Below are positions 40,801 to 48,917 of a stretch of DNA of 64,000 nucleotides, one piece after another (the stretch's first letter is position 1; every line of letters starts with the position of its first letter). The position numbers were made by a program, and so were the translations under genes. The DNA lies in the NCBI GenBank assembly GCA_965222605.1, contig OZ244960.1, positions 5,600,001-5,664,000 of the forward strand, read 5' to 3'. Source of the DNA: Candidatus Latescibacterota bacterium. Its GTDB lineage: Bacteria; Latescibacterota; UBA2968. The notes beneath the pieces were generated by a model. That model had not been told where the DNA came from. It did not search any database and worked only from the letters and a program-made list of their open reading frames with translations.

Positions 40801-41881
40801 TAGTCTGAATTTGTTGAGTGTGGCACTACAAGAATTTGATATGCTTCCTCAAGATGATACAGATGTTGGATATTTTACATTAAAAAAACTTTTAGGATAT
40901 TCAATAACCTGGTTGGCACAACAAAATAAAAAGAATAAAATCAAATCAGAAGAACCTCCACCAGGCTTCTGCAGTGATCCTGCCAGGTCTGACGAAATTA
41001 TGAACTACCCAAATTTTCCTATACAATATGCGTGGCTTCATTTAGCTCAAGTAGAGTATCAATTCAATTTAGGAATGACAATTTTTGAGCAGGCATTACA
41101 GGTTATAGACCAAAATGTATATCCAGTATTAAGATCGTCCCTTGTTTTCCTCAAAGCACAGCAGGACTTTAGAAACAAGACCTTTGATGAACTTCCACAA
41201 CGTATGTGTCAATTAGCGGATGCATATGTCTCAGCACAGAAGCATGAACAAAGTGGAAAAGGAATAGAAGAAAAGGGAGTTTATGTTGTATCTACCGCTG
41301 AGTTATCCAATTTCGCCTCTGTCGAGAACATCATTGATATGCTGGTAGCAGCCCTTCTTGTTCAACTGTCAACAAATAGAGATACGAATGAGATTTTGTC
41401 TATATGGCATGCGAACTCGTCAGAGTTACCTGTACAAAAAAATATGACTATTGCTCTTGATCTGATTGAATCAATGTTATTTGGAGAAGAGAAGAATGCT
41501 CTGGCAGTAATGAGAACAAAAGAAGCCAAAAAAGAAGATCGAATTATAGCATCATTAAAAATAATTCATAATACGAAAATAGATCCACAACATCTTTTTT
41601 CTGCTCACACACTTATTACGACTTCTCTCATTGATCAAAGCTGGGGCGAGTATATTGTGACAGATTTAGCAGAACTCCTTTCGAAACAATGGCTAAAAAA
41701 AATAGAATTTCAAGCAATCTTAAATATGCCTATGATTACAGTGCCTCAGATAGAGCAAGCCTGCAACAGTAGTGAGGCTGGAAAGAAAAAAATCGGTCAA
41801 ATTTTACTCGCGGCACATCAAGCTGTCTCAGTCCAATTATCTCCTGATATTTTACAGCAGTTTCGCAGTTGGGTAGAATGA
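37805..41881 (+). CDS. Avs/NLR-like defence protein: Cap4/DUF4297-type nuclease + STAND NTPase + TPR sensor
   Basis: ALRGYVYQ...EGAEDFD...AVQVK, Walker A GGSGRGKTT, Walker B IVLDD, GGHP, helical TPR-like C-terminus; AT-rich. Confidence 0.8.
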   Translation: MAEHQEEKQVLTADPKRQANDALRGYVYQIWHSVHAWISLDEDEILYLEGAEDFDQVSDDTATAVQVKDTQHKITLRSQEVNDAISHYWDLQANHPDLSVKFRFLTRSKIGAERGNPFGKGQMGLHVWSHCSSDEAAITKISKFLQNEGKISKEVDDFLKNSTPQEIYERLIEPISWETDSKEASFVEKSISDKLILHGHQYGIPPSAASKVVDHLIKEALLVATQKEKRELTLVRFLEIFEEKTTQRVPIQHLQALQMQTTMADSFRALSMGGSSDITIQSQSRILTTIPPLYPDVTPRKDLLTSIQAQLQSEGIAVIQGGSGRGKTTLANLTASALSGSWFWLNFPNSDSSQNVQLLQQLAIAVSNQSSPVNIVLDDLNLQPQELRQYEEILGVIVYRVRERGAKLLITSQNKLPNNLIRRLGIPQSVSIHVPDFTISEIEQFAQQLGCPPDRANPSAKLIQFHTGGHPRLVHARLDQLRETDWQQYKNESILQTPPEVIEEREEARQLLIDLPEDQREFLYRLSLLSTAFRKDYAHNIGEIPESIPYPGDVFSQLVGPWIDPVNETYYTISPLLDNAAKQVWSESKINDLHTQIANAVLKATDLTTIEARAVLVHSMQGQNQKGLTAILQALLATPESKWYQLSQEFSWLIHVKIDPSKKLFIGDAFINHLFRSLQYRIAVEVEPEFAPKILEIWDKEIQPYEPHKSYLLCRLTLATQALVYCQVPLSVKQMVGYLKEIIDIKDYDKEVQEIYGNFEGQLEEPGTDKANFLSTLFSFILARPPIYAPDLSDLIDALDEIQPNHRALLLANFENDGTDSRILVDGIWVGESGLKQPNWTRCLQVYDKLIERTIDWGYPHIAATVARRKAIIHNEYLHDPDTAYKVLQDMETTVGISSVIEEGRAAVYFYHNHYKEALNIYERILSEWDPSSKKLGLLPSNWCRQAAICAAHLGNWEKAATFFEDGAKRAKENYGTEQYIGLYADAGFAQFKAGNVRDSLNLLSVALQEFDMLPQDDTDVGYFTLKKLLGYSITWLAQQNKKNKIKSEEPPPGFCSDPARSDEIMNYPNFPIQYAWLHLAQVEYQFNLGMTIFEQALQVIDQNVYPVLRSSLVFLKAQQDFRNKTFDELPQRMCQLADAYVSAQKHEQSGKGIEEKGVYVVSTAELSNFASVENIIDMLVAALLVQLSTNRDTNEILSIWHANSSELPVQKNMTIALDLIESMLFGEEKNALAVMRTKEAKKEDRIIASLKIIHNTKIDPQHLFSAHTLITTSLIDQSWGEYIVTDLAELLSKQWLKKIEFQAILNMPMITVPQIEQACNSSEAGKKKIGQILLAAHQAVSVQLSPDILQQFRSWVE

Positions 41882-41900
41882 ATATCCTGTTATTAAATCG

Positions 41901-41990
41901 GCTGTCTGAATCAGATGATTTAGACTAACCCATCTCACGCCAGTTGAAGCGCTGGTAAAATTAGATGCGTGGAAGCAGGCGTTGGCATAG
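41901..41990 (+). repeat. mutS 3'-end direct repeat, copy 2 (displaced former mutS terminus with own TAG)
   Basis: Encodes HLTPVEALVKLDAWKQALA* versus mutS HLTPVEALVKLDAWKRALEE*. Confidence 0.9.
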
Positions 41991-42037
41991 GACTCTTAAC
42001 ATGGCTCTTGAAACGGTGTGAGAATGGAGGAAAAATT

Positions 42038-42940
42038 ATGGAAGAGATAGCTTTGCCAAAGTTGCGCGTGAGTAGAAAAGAAGCAAATAATAAAATAAAA
42101 GCGCAAATTGAGAAAGGGGAATTGCTCTGTAACCGGCAGATATGTTCAGAAGAAGAATTGGAGAATGTAGGTATAGCAGCCAACCATTGGTCAAGATACA
42201 ACAGAGATCTCTTAATAAAGCTATTTGATAACTTATCGATAGACGATGAATACAAAAATTTCCATTACTATAGATTGAGTCATCAAGATATAGCGAACCT
42301 GATGTTGGATGGGGTTCCCATACCAGATTTTCAAGATCAAGTAAGTGAATACCAAAGAGATATGACAGATAGCATCAATAGTCTAAAGGGAATCTGTTAC
42401 CGACTTGAATTATTCGATGAAGTATTAGACAATGTCCCTTACACCTTGGCCAATAAAGGGTTTTCAGACAATCCCACTCGCACCTTCGGTGACCATGTCT
42501 TCATCGTGCATGGACATGACGAGGCCGCCAAACATGCCATCGCTAGATTCGTGGAGAAGTTTAACTTAAAGGCTACCATACTTGATGAGCAAGCAAGTAA
42601 AGGCCAAACGGTTATTGATAAGTTTGAAGAAAATGCAGACAATGTGGGGTTTGCAATCGTCTTACTGACGCCTGACGATGTTGGCGCACCAAAAGATCAA
42701 ATAGATGAACCTAAACCTCGAGCACGTCAGAACGTTATATTAGAACTCGGCTATTTTTTGTGTGGATTAGGGCGTGAGCGTGTATGTGTTCTTTACAAAA
42801 AAGGAGTTGAACTACCTTCAGATATTCAGGGTATAGTCTATGTACCCATGAATAATCCCAATGAATGGCAACTGAAATTAGCTACAGAAATGAAGCAGGC
42901 AGGATTACCGATTGATCTGAACAAACTTATAGAGGCATAA
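42038..42940 (+). CDS. TIR-like nucleotide-binding domain protein (Cap12/Pycsar-type TIR)
   Basis: VFIVHGHD, FAIVLLTPDD, RARQNVILELG, ELPSD; SD GGAGG. Confidence 0.88.
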   Translation: MEEIALPKLRVSRKEANNKIKAQIEKGELLCNRQICSEEELENVGIAANHWSRYNRDLLIKLFDNLSIDDEYKNFHYYRLSHQDIANLMLDGVPIPDFQDQVSEYQRDMTDSINSLKGICYRLELFDEVLDNVPYTLANKGFSDNPTRTFGDHVFIVHGHDEAAKHAIARFVEKFNLKATILDEQASKGQTVIDKFEENADNVGFAIVLLTPDDVGAPKDQIDEPKPRARQNVILELGYFLCGLGRERVCVLYKKGVELPSDIQGIVYVPMNNPNEWQLKLATEMKQAGLPIDLNKLIEA

Positions 42941-42971
42941 AAAAAGGCCGATGTATATCGGCCTTTTTTTT
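42939..42971. terminator. bidirectional intrinsic terminator at the centre of the hotspot
   Basis: A7-GGCCGAT-gtat-ATCGGCC-T8. Confidence 0.9.
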
Positions 42972-42973
42972 CA

Positions 42974-43165
42974 CTATTCATTGCTGATCCCGTGTTCCTC
43001 GAGCCAGGCTTTGAGGGGCGCATCTTCGGGAGTGGGGGAGGTGTAGCCGCAACCGCCGGAATAGCTGACGCCGAGGAGTTGTTTTTGTATGGGCGTGCAG
43101 CGGTCGAGATAGTGTTCTACCTGCATGTCGTCGCGGGGGCGAAGCCAGCGGTAGGAGTAGCCGTA
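42974..43165 (-). repeat. 192-bp copy of the 3' end of the phytanoyl-CoA dioxygenase gene (partner 45823-46014)
   Basis: 63 codons + TAG in frame, 14 substitutions by manual alignment, 11 synonymous. Confidence 0.95.
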
Positions 43166-43180
43166 TCATGTACGCCAGGC

Positions 43181-43403
43181 TTATGGTATTGTCAATGTGA
43201 TGTCATAGTCGTTTAGAGCGTTCCAAAAATCGGCGTGTTGAGTCAATGGCCTGACTGCCAGCGTATCCAATTTATCGAACGCCCGATCAAAAATGGCGCA
43301 GCACCAATGTCCCGTAAATCGTGAGTGATACAGAAATCCACGGAATCCGAAACGTGCGAATCTGTGCTTCAATACGCCCTATGAGGTTGACATAGCTGGC
43401 CAT
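43181..43403 (-). pseudogene. RES-domain toxin remnant (large internal deletion)
   Basis: ATG at the antitoxin stop gives MASYVNLIGRIEAQIRTFRIP, joined out of frame to GFLYHSRFTGHWCCAIFDRA (RES C-terminal Y.SR motif). Confidence 0.7.
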
Positions 43404-43846
43404 CATCCAAAGTCACCCTGGAGGTATCCTTTGGCGGCAGCCTTAACACGGGCGACTTCTCCTTTGTGAAGAAGGGCAAGCGGTTCCGCTCCATCAAGCG
43501 CGTCGTTTGGTGCTGTAAGCCAATACCACATTTCATAGGCGTCATCGAATAGCTTGGTAATACGATCAAGCCTTTTGATAGGCTGTCCATGTTTGTCGAA
43601 TTGTCCAGCAGGAAAAACATACTCGTGCTTGGCATTTTCCCATCCGACTATATGTCCTTTCTTCAGCCAGTCGTGAACAACCTGGTGGTGATTGAGACCA
43701 GCGAGGGCGACAAGTTGAGAGGAAGTTAGCAGGTCTTCCATCTCTTCCATCTCTTGGGTATTTGCCTCGATCAATGCGTTCGCCTGTTGCTCGTCAATTA
43801 GACATGGTTTGGCACCCTCAATAGTTTCTATATTTTGCGTATTCAT
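43403..43846 (-). CDS. Xre/MbcA/ParS-type antitoxin
   Basis: YVFPAGQF, WYWLTAPNDALDGAEPLALL, A..YLQGDF; upstream TTGACA-16-TATATT. Confidence 0.8.
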   Translation of the reverse strand: MNTQNIETIEGAKPCLIDEQQANALIEANTQEMEEMEDLLTSSQLVALAGLNHHQVVHDWLKKGHIVGWENAKHEYVFPAGQFDKHGQPIKRLDRITKLFDDAYEMWYWLTAPNDALDGAEPLALLHKGEVARVKAAAKGYLQGDFG

Positions 43847-44142
43847 TTTCGATTCTCCGGTCATTGTGTGCTTATTCCACAACTTCCCGGCACATGGGAA
43901 ATATAGCCCCTTTTGGATGTCTGTCAACGCTTGACGCGCAGCATGGGCTGATTCACTTTTCGCCTTCGGGTGACAAAAATGACGACACCATATGCGCCGA
44001 GATGCACGATAATATCTACTTTGCACATTATGAATACGAAACAAGATGACAGGGATGTATGAGGCGACCCGTCAACGTCTTTTTGAGCCTTTTTTCACGA
44101 CAAAGGACGCCGACCGCGAAATCGTGTCTTTATTTTCACCTC

Positions 44143-45699
44143 TCACGCAGACATGATCTCAAAGGTCGTTATATTGCGGGTATCCTTGCTGAACTCTACG
44201 GCGATCAGGTGGATCGGCTGATCCAGACTCCGATATTTGTCCGCATAGCCTTTCTGTCTCAGTTGCGCCATCGCAGTCCCTTCCGGTGCCAATTCCACCA
44301 CCTTAAACTCGAACAGATACACATTACCGTTGAAACGAATTGCCATGTCCAGACGCCCCTGGCTGCTGCTGTCCTCTACAACGATGTCCAATCCCACCGA
44401 TGCGAAGTAGGAGTAGAAAACGCTGGCGTAGTAGCCTTCGTAGTTCGCTATGTCGTTGTTCGTGTGCCACTGGTAGGGAATGCTGGCGAAGAATGCTTTG
44501 AATAGACCCTCCAGACTCGCAAAATCATTGACCAGAAGCAGGTCATACAGACGGGCGCGGTGCTCCGCGCGCTGTGATGGGTCGCCAGTCAGATGATTCA
44601 ACAAGCTCCTATTCAGGCTCTGGCGCACTTCTCGATTCGGATAGGATAGCCGATAGTACATCTCTCCACCGCGCGGTTCGGTATGGTGGATGGTTAGATA
44701 CCCGGTCTGGAACAGCAGGGCTTCGGTGGCGATGTGGTCAACATCAAAAGCCGACAGCAAATCATCACTGCCCAGCATGTTGTCCAGAGCCAGCGCACCG
44801 ACCCCGCGCGATAGTAGCGTCTCGATCAGAAATGTCGGCGTACCTGTCTCGAACCAGTAGGCTTCGAAGCTGTGCCTTCTGAACAGCAAGAGGATGTCGA
44901 AGGGGTTATAGACCTTCTCCTGTCCCCGCCAGCTATAGCCGTTGTACCAGTGCCTTATCTCGTCCCTATCCAGACCCGGCAGTTCTGGCGCAAATACCGT
45001 GTCGAGGTCCTCCTCGGTGTAGCCGCAGATGGCGGAATATTGTGGGTCAATGGTGATGTCGGTGAGGTTGTTGAGGCCAGAGAAAAGATGCACCTTGGAG
45101 AACTTACTGACACCAGTGAGGAATGCGAACTTAATATGAGCATCGCTATCCTTGATGGTCGCGTATAGACCGCGCAGAAAGTCGCGGTTGGCGCACGCGG
45201 TCTCCGGTACTTCCAGAGCATCCAGAATCGGCTTATCGTATTCATCCACAAGCACGACAACACGCTGCTCGCCCTGCCGATGCAATACCCGGATCAGATC
45301 GCCAAAGCACTCCGGTGCAGTATCGTAACGCGGCGCAATCCCGGCTTCTTCTGCTATCGTGAGCAGTTGCGTCATCACATTCGTATGCAGATAGGACGCT
45401 TCTTTGAAATTGCCGCTACCAAAGCTCAAGCGCACAACGGGATAGCGAACCTGCCAGTCCCAGTGGTCGTGGATATGAAGCCCTTCGAACAGCGGTTCAT
45501 TGCCCTCAAACAGTTCCTTCAACGTGTCCAGAAACAGGCTTTTGCCAAAGCGACGTGGACGCGATAAAAAATAGTGCGAGCCCTCGTCCATCAGTCGCCG
45601 CATGTGGGCAGTTTTATCGACATAGTAGCAGTTTTCCTCCCGAATTTTTCGGAAGGTCTGAATGCCAATAGGCAACTTGCGTCTGTCTGATATGCCCAT
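44143..45699 (-). CDS. AAA-ATPase-like domain + PD-(D/E)XK nuclease protein
   Basis: LPIGIQTF, SRPRRFGKS, VDEYDKP, TGVSKF, GRLDM...FEFK. Confidence 0.92.
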   Translation of the reverse strand: MGISDRRKLPIGIQTFRKIREENCYYVDKTAHMRRLMDEGSHYFLSRPRRFGKSLFLDTLKELFEGNEPLFEGLHIHDHWDWQVRYPVVRLSFGSGNFKEASYLHTNVMTQLLTIAEEAGIAPRYDTAPECFGDLIRVLHRQGEQRVVVLVDEYDKPILDALEVPETACANRDFLRGLYATIKDSDAHIKFAFLTGVSKFSKVHLFSGLNNLTDITIDPQYSAICGYTEEDLDTVFAPELPGLDRDEIRHWYNGYSWRGQEKVYNPFDILLLFRRHSFEAYWFETGTPTFLIETLLSRGVGALALDNMLGSDDLLSAFDVDHIATEALLFQTGYLTIHHTEPRGGEMYYRLSYPNREVRQSLNRSLLNHLTGDPSQRAEHRARLYDLLLVNDFASLEGLFKAFFASIPYQWHTNNDIANYEGYYASVFYSYFASVGLDIVVEDSSSQGRLDMAIRFNGNVYLFEFKVVELAPEGTAMAQLRQKGYADKYRSLDQPIHLIAVEFSKDTRNITTFEIMSA

Positions 45700-45822
45700 C
45701 TCTCATCTCCAGATTTTGATGCCAGTACGGTCGCCCTGCTCGATACAGTATTATACCGATTTCGCTATCTATTTGGAAGTCAAAACTTTTCATTATGGAT
45801 TTTGTTGCATGTCTAATACTGA

Positions 45823-46668
45823 CTATTCACTACTGATCCCGTGTTCTTCGAGCCAGGCTTTGAGGGGCGCATCTTTGGGAGTGGGGGAGGTGTAGCCGCG
45901 GCCGCCAGAGTAGCTGACGCCGAGGAGTTGTTTTTGGATGGGCGTGCAGCGGTCGAGGTAGTGTTCAACTTGCATGTCGTCGCGGGGGCGAAGCCAGCGA
46001 TAAGAGTAGCCGTAGAAGAGGACGCGGCGCGGTTCCTTCCAGTAGTTGGTACTGGCCGAGTGCCATATTCGGCGGTCAAAAAATACGGCTGATCCAGGTG
46101 GCACGAGCACTGGGGTAGCATCTTTGTGCGGCGCGTTGCGATCTTCTCCTGGAAATGTGTTTTGCGTTTGGCTTTTGGGAAGGACGTAGAAATTGCCGCG
46201 GCCCTGTTCAGTCGTATCGGTGAGAAAAAAGCCGATTTTGAGGGAGATCCTGGGACGCGGGTTCATGTCAAAATCTTGATTGATGCGGCCGCTGTCCTGG
46301 TGAAAGCCGAGGCCAGGTCCGTCTTTTTCGAATGTTTTGTGCGGTTCTGCAGGGGGTGTTACGGTCATGTGGGTATGGTAGAGTTGGATGTGCCAGCCCA
46401 GGATGCCCCACACTTTGGGAAATGTTTTGTACCAGTCGAGCAAGGGCAAGAAGCGGTCGTCCTTGCCAATGAAGTCGTAGTGGTTGATGCGCGCTGTGGC
46501 ACTTTTGTCCATCCGAGCGCGTTCTTCTTTATCTACGCGATCCACTGCAACGACAAGATCGCGGACCATGTCGGGTGGCAGGGCGTCTGGAACGATGAAA
46601 TAGCCATCCCGTTTGAATTTGCGCGCTTCTTCTTCTGTTAGACAATAATCGAGACATTTGGGGTGCAT
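45823..46668 (-). CDS. phytanoyl-CoA dioxygenase family (2OG-Fe(II)) protein
   Basis: FKRDGYF, FHQD (HxD), IWHS distal His, PRR. Confidence 0.88.
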   Translation of the reverse strand: MHPKCLDYCLTEEEARKFKRDGYFIVPDALPPDMVRDLVVAVDRVDKEERARMDKSATARINHYDFIGKDDRFLPLLDWYKTFPKVWGILGWHIQLYHTHMTVTPPAEPHKTFEKDGPGLGFHQDSGRINQDFDMNPRPRISLKIGFFLTDTTEQGRGNFYVLPKSQTQNTFPGEDRNAPHKDATPVLVPPGSAVFFDRRIWHSASTNYWKEPRRVLFYGYSYRWLRPRDDMQVEHYLDRCTPIQKQLLGVSYSGGRGYTSPTPKDAPLKAWLEEHGISSE

Positions 46669-46707
46669 TGTCTGGCTCCTTTTGAGATTGGGGCGAAAGA
46701 CATAGTC

Positions 46708-47169
46708 TCACGCGTTGGTTTTATAGCGTCGCGTCAGTACATACCGATCTTCTGTGGCGCGATAATAACCCCGCACAAAGTGTCGTTCACAAAATCCCCA
46801 TTTTTCGTACAGGGAAATAGCATTTTCATTTTCGGGATCTACTGTCAAAAAACAATCCACACCGATTTGATCGCACGCGGCCAAAATTGCATCGAACAAA
46901 GCGGAACCTATGCCTTTGCCGCGAAAGGGATGATCCACAAATACTTTGTGCAAACAATATAGCCTGTCTGTTGCCGTGGGAAATGCCAGCACAGCACCGA
47001 TCAGTTTCTCGCGCTCCCATGCACAAAATACCAGCGCGTGCTCTGTCCACAATCGCCAGACGTGTTCTCCATCGGGTATATACTCAGAATTTCGGTTTTG
47101 TGCCCATGCTTCGCGATCTAATTTTGCGATCTCCAAAAAATCGCGCGTTTTAGCACGTTGGATATACAT
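46708..47169 (-). CDS. GNAT family N-acetyltransferase
   Basis: VDHPFRGKGIG, NAISLYEKWGF. Confidence 0.88.
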   Translation of the reverse strand: MYIQRAKTRDFLEIAKLDREAWAQNRNSEYIPDGEHVWRLWTEHALVFCAWEREKLIGAVLAFPTATDRLYCLHKVFVDHPFRGKGIGSALFDAILAACDQIGVDCFLTVDPENENAISLYEKWGFCERHFVRGYYRATEDRYVLTRRYKTNA

Positions 47170-47286
47170 TCCAAATATCCTTGTGAATAGCGGAGAGCTT
47201 TCCATTTATGATCCGTGTAGATATGTCGAAATGTTTGATGTGCGTCAAGTCATTTCCTATGTCTTGTGGAAGATCTTTCAAAAGCA

Positions 47287-47314
47287 TTGACATTCTCAGT
47301 GCAAGTCCTATCTT
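47287..47314 (+). promoter_or_regulatory. sigma70-type promoter
   Basis: TTGACA-16-TATCTT. Confidence 0.6.
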
Positions 47315-47320
47315 CAGAAG

Positions 47321-47406
47321 CGGTCGGCAACTGCAAGTTCATCCACTTTCAGCTTTTGGCCCTTTGTTTTGCTGACCGATAGCGGCTGAGAGCTACTAAT
47401 CGGGAG
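47321..47406 (+). promoter_or_regulatory. candidate pseudoknot / switchable 5' leader
   Basis: Interleaved stems 47321-47330/47369-47378 and 47351-47361/47384-47394 just upstream of SD GGGAG. Confidence 0.4.
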
Positions 47407-47412
47407 ATAAAA

Positions 47413-48174
47413 ATGAAGTTGGGTATTGTCACGTATCAAATCGCCGCTGACTGGGATGTTTCTACTATTATTGAAAACTGTGCCAAACTCGGTTATGGTG
47501 GTGCTGAACTGCGTACCACGCATGCTCACGGCGTTGAATCAGATCTTTCGGCGGAGCAACGGCAAGATATCCGCAAACAATTTGAAGATGGCGGTGTCGA
47601 AATCGCGGGTTTGGGCTCGGCCTTTGAATATCATTCGGATGATCCCGGCGTTGTGCGCGAAAATATCGATGGGACAATTGAATACGCCAAACTCGCCGCC
47701 GATCTGGGTTGTCCAGGCGTTAAGGTGCGGCCCAATGGCCTGCAAACCGACAAGGGCATCTCGGTGGATCAAACACTCGAACAAATTGGCAAATCAGTGC
47801 GTGAATGCGCGATTGCGGCCGCTGATCTGGGGGTGCAAATCCGGGTGGAAGTACACGGGCGAGAAACGCAAAAACCCGCGTATATGCGTACCATTATGGA
47901 TTGGGCAGATCACGATAATGCCTATGTGTGCTGGAATTCGAATTTGGGCGAGGTTGAAGATGGTTCTATCAAAGCCAATTTTGACCTGCTCAGACACAAA
48001 ATAGGTCTGGTACACATCACCGAATTGTGCAATCCGGCTTATCCCTGGAGCGAACTCTTTTCTCTCCTCAATGCCGAAGGCTATGCGGGATATACGCTGG
48101 CCGAAATTCCCGGTAGTACAGATGCCGAGCGTCTGCTTCAATATTACAAAGCGTTATGGGAAGCGTATCAGTAG
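47413..48174 (+). CDS. sugar phosphate isomerase/epimerase (xylose isomerase-like TIM barrel)
   Basis: GYGGAELR, VEVHG, VHITE, LAE. Confidence 0.85.
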   Translation: MKLGIVTYQIAADWDVSTIIENCAKLGYGGAELRTTHAHGVESDLSAEQRQDIRKQFEDGGVEIAGLGSAFEYHSDDPGVVRENIDGTIEYAKLAADLGCPGVKVRPNGLQTDKGISVDQTLEQIGKSVRECAIAAADLGVQIRVEVHGRETQKPAYMRTIMDWADHDNAYVCWNSNLGEVEDGSIKANFDLLRHKIGLVHITELCNPAYPWSELFSLLNAEGYAGYTLAEIPGSTDAERLLQYYKALWEAYQ

Positions 48175-48233
48175 GTAGGCCTCGCTCCGTCGCCCGGCCC
48201 AAGGGGTTGGGACTGACAACTAACAACTGATAC

Positions 48234-48917
48234 ATGAGCGTACAAAAAGAAATTTACGCCCTCAAACGCGAACTCGCCGCGCGTTATCAACTCGGCGAAG
48301 AACACCACAATATTTGCGGGCGCAAAATAGGTGTGACCTGTGTTGAAGATGCCGAAGCACTCTTTGACAAACTGGGGATGGCCGATCCCGATAGCGTTGA
48401 AGTGCGAGATGAACGCATGCCGTATTGGGCAACGCTTTGGGATTCTGCTCTTATTTTATCCGATGTTCTGCTCTCGGATAACTTGATCGCGCCGGGCGAG
48501 TCCGTACTTGAACTCGGCTGTGGATTGGGCCTTGTGTCATCTATTGCCTGTCTCAAACGCGCGCGTGTCACTGCCACCGATTATCAGCCCAATGCACTCA
48601 AGTTCGCGCGACTCAACGGATTGCAAATTGCCGGCGTCGCGCCCAGGACAATGCTCATCGACTGGCGTTCCCCGCCTCAAGATCTATGCTATACCACCTT
48701 GTTGGGCGCAGACCTCGTGTACGAACTGCGCTTTTTCGATCCCCTCATCGCCACATTCGACGCCCTTCTCGTACCGGGAGGGCGCGTTTTATTTTCTGAA
48801 CCCAATCGCGTCGTAGGCAGATCTTTCTTTGATCGTCTCCACGATGCGGGCTGGGCGTTTTCCACTATAACCGAGCGGGAAGGCGCGACAGTGTATGAGA
48901 TCGTGAGATGTGATTAA
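48234..48917 (+). CDS. class I SAM methyltransferase (Methyltransf_16-like)
   Basis: PYWATLW, VLELGCGLG, ATDY, GADLVYE. Confidence 0.85.
   Translation: MSVQKEIYALKRELAARYQLGEEHHNICGRKIGVTCVEDAEALFDKLGMADPDSVEVRDERMPYWATLWDSALILSDVLLSDNLIAPGESVLELGCGLGLVSSIACLKRARVTATDYQPNALKFARLNGLQIAGVAPRTMLIDWRSPPQDLCYTTLLGADLVYELRFFDPLIATFDALLVPGGRVLFSEPNRVVGRSFFDRLHDAGWAFSTITEREGATVYEIVRCD

Noticed and set aside
42939-42971. Integron attC site
   Set aside because: Short GC hairpin with A and T tails is a bidirectional terminator; no RYYYAAC/GTTRRRY boxes or intI
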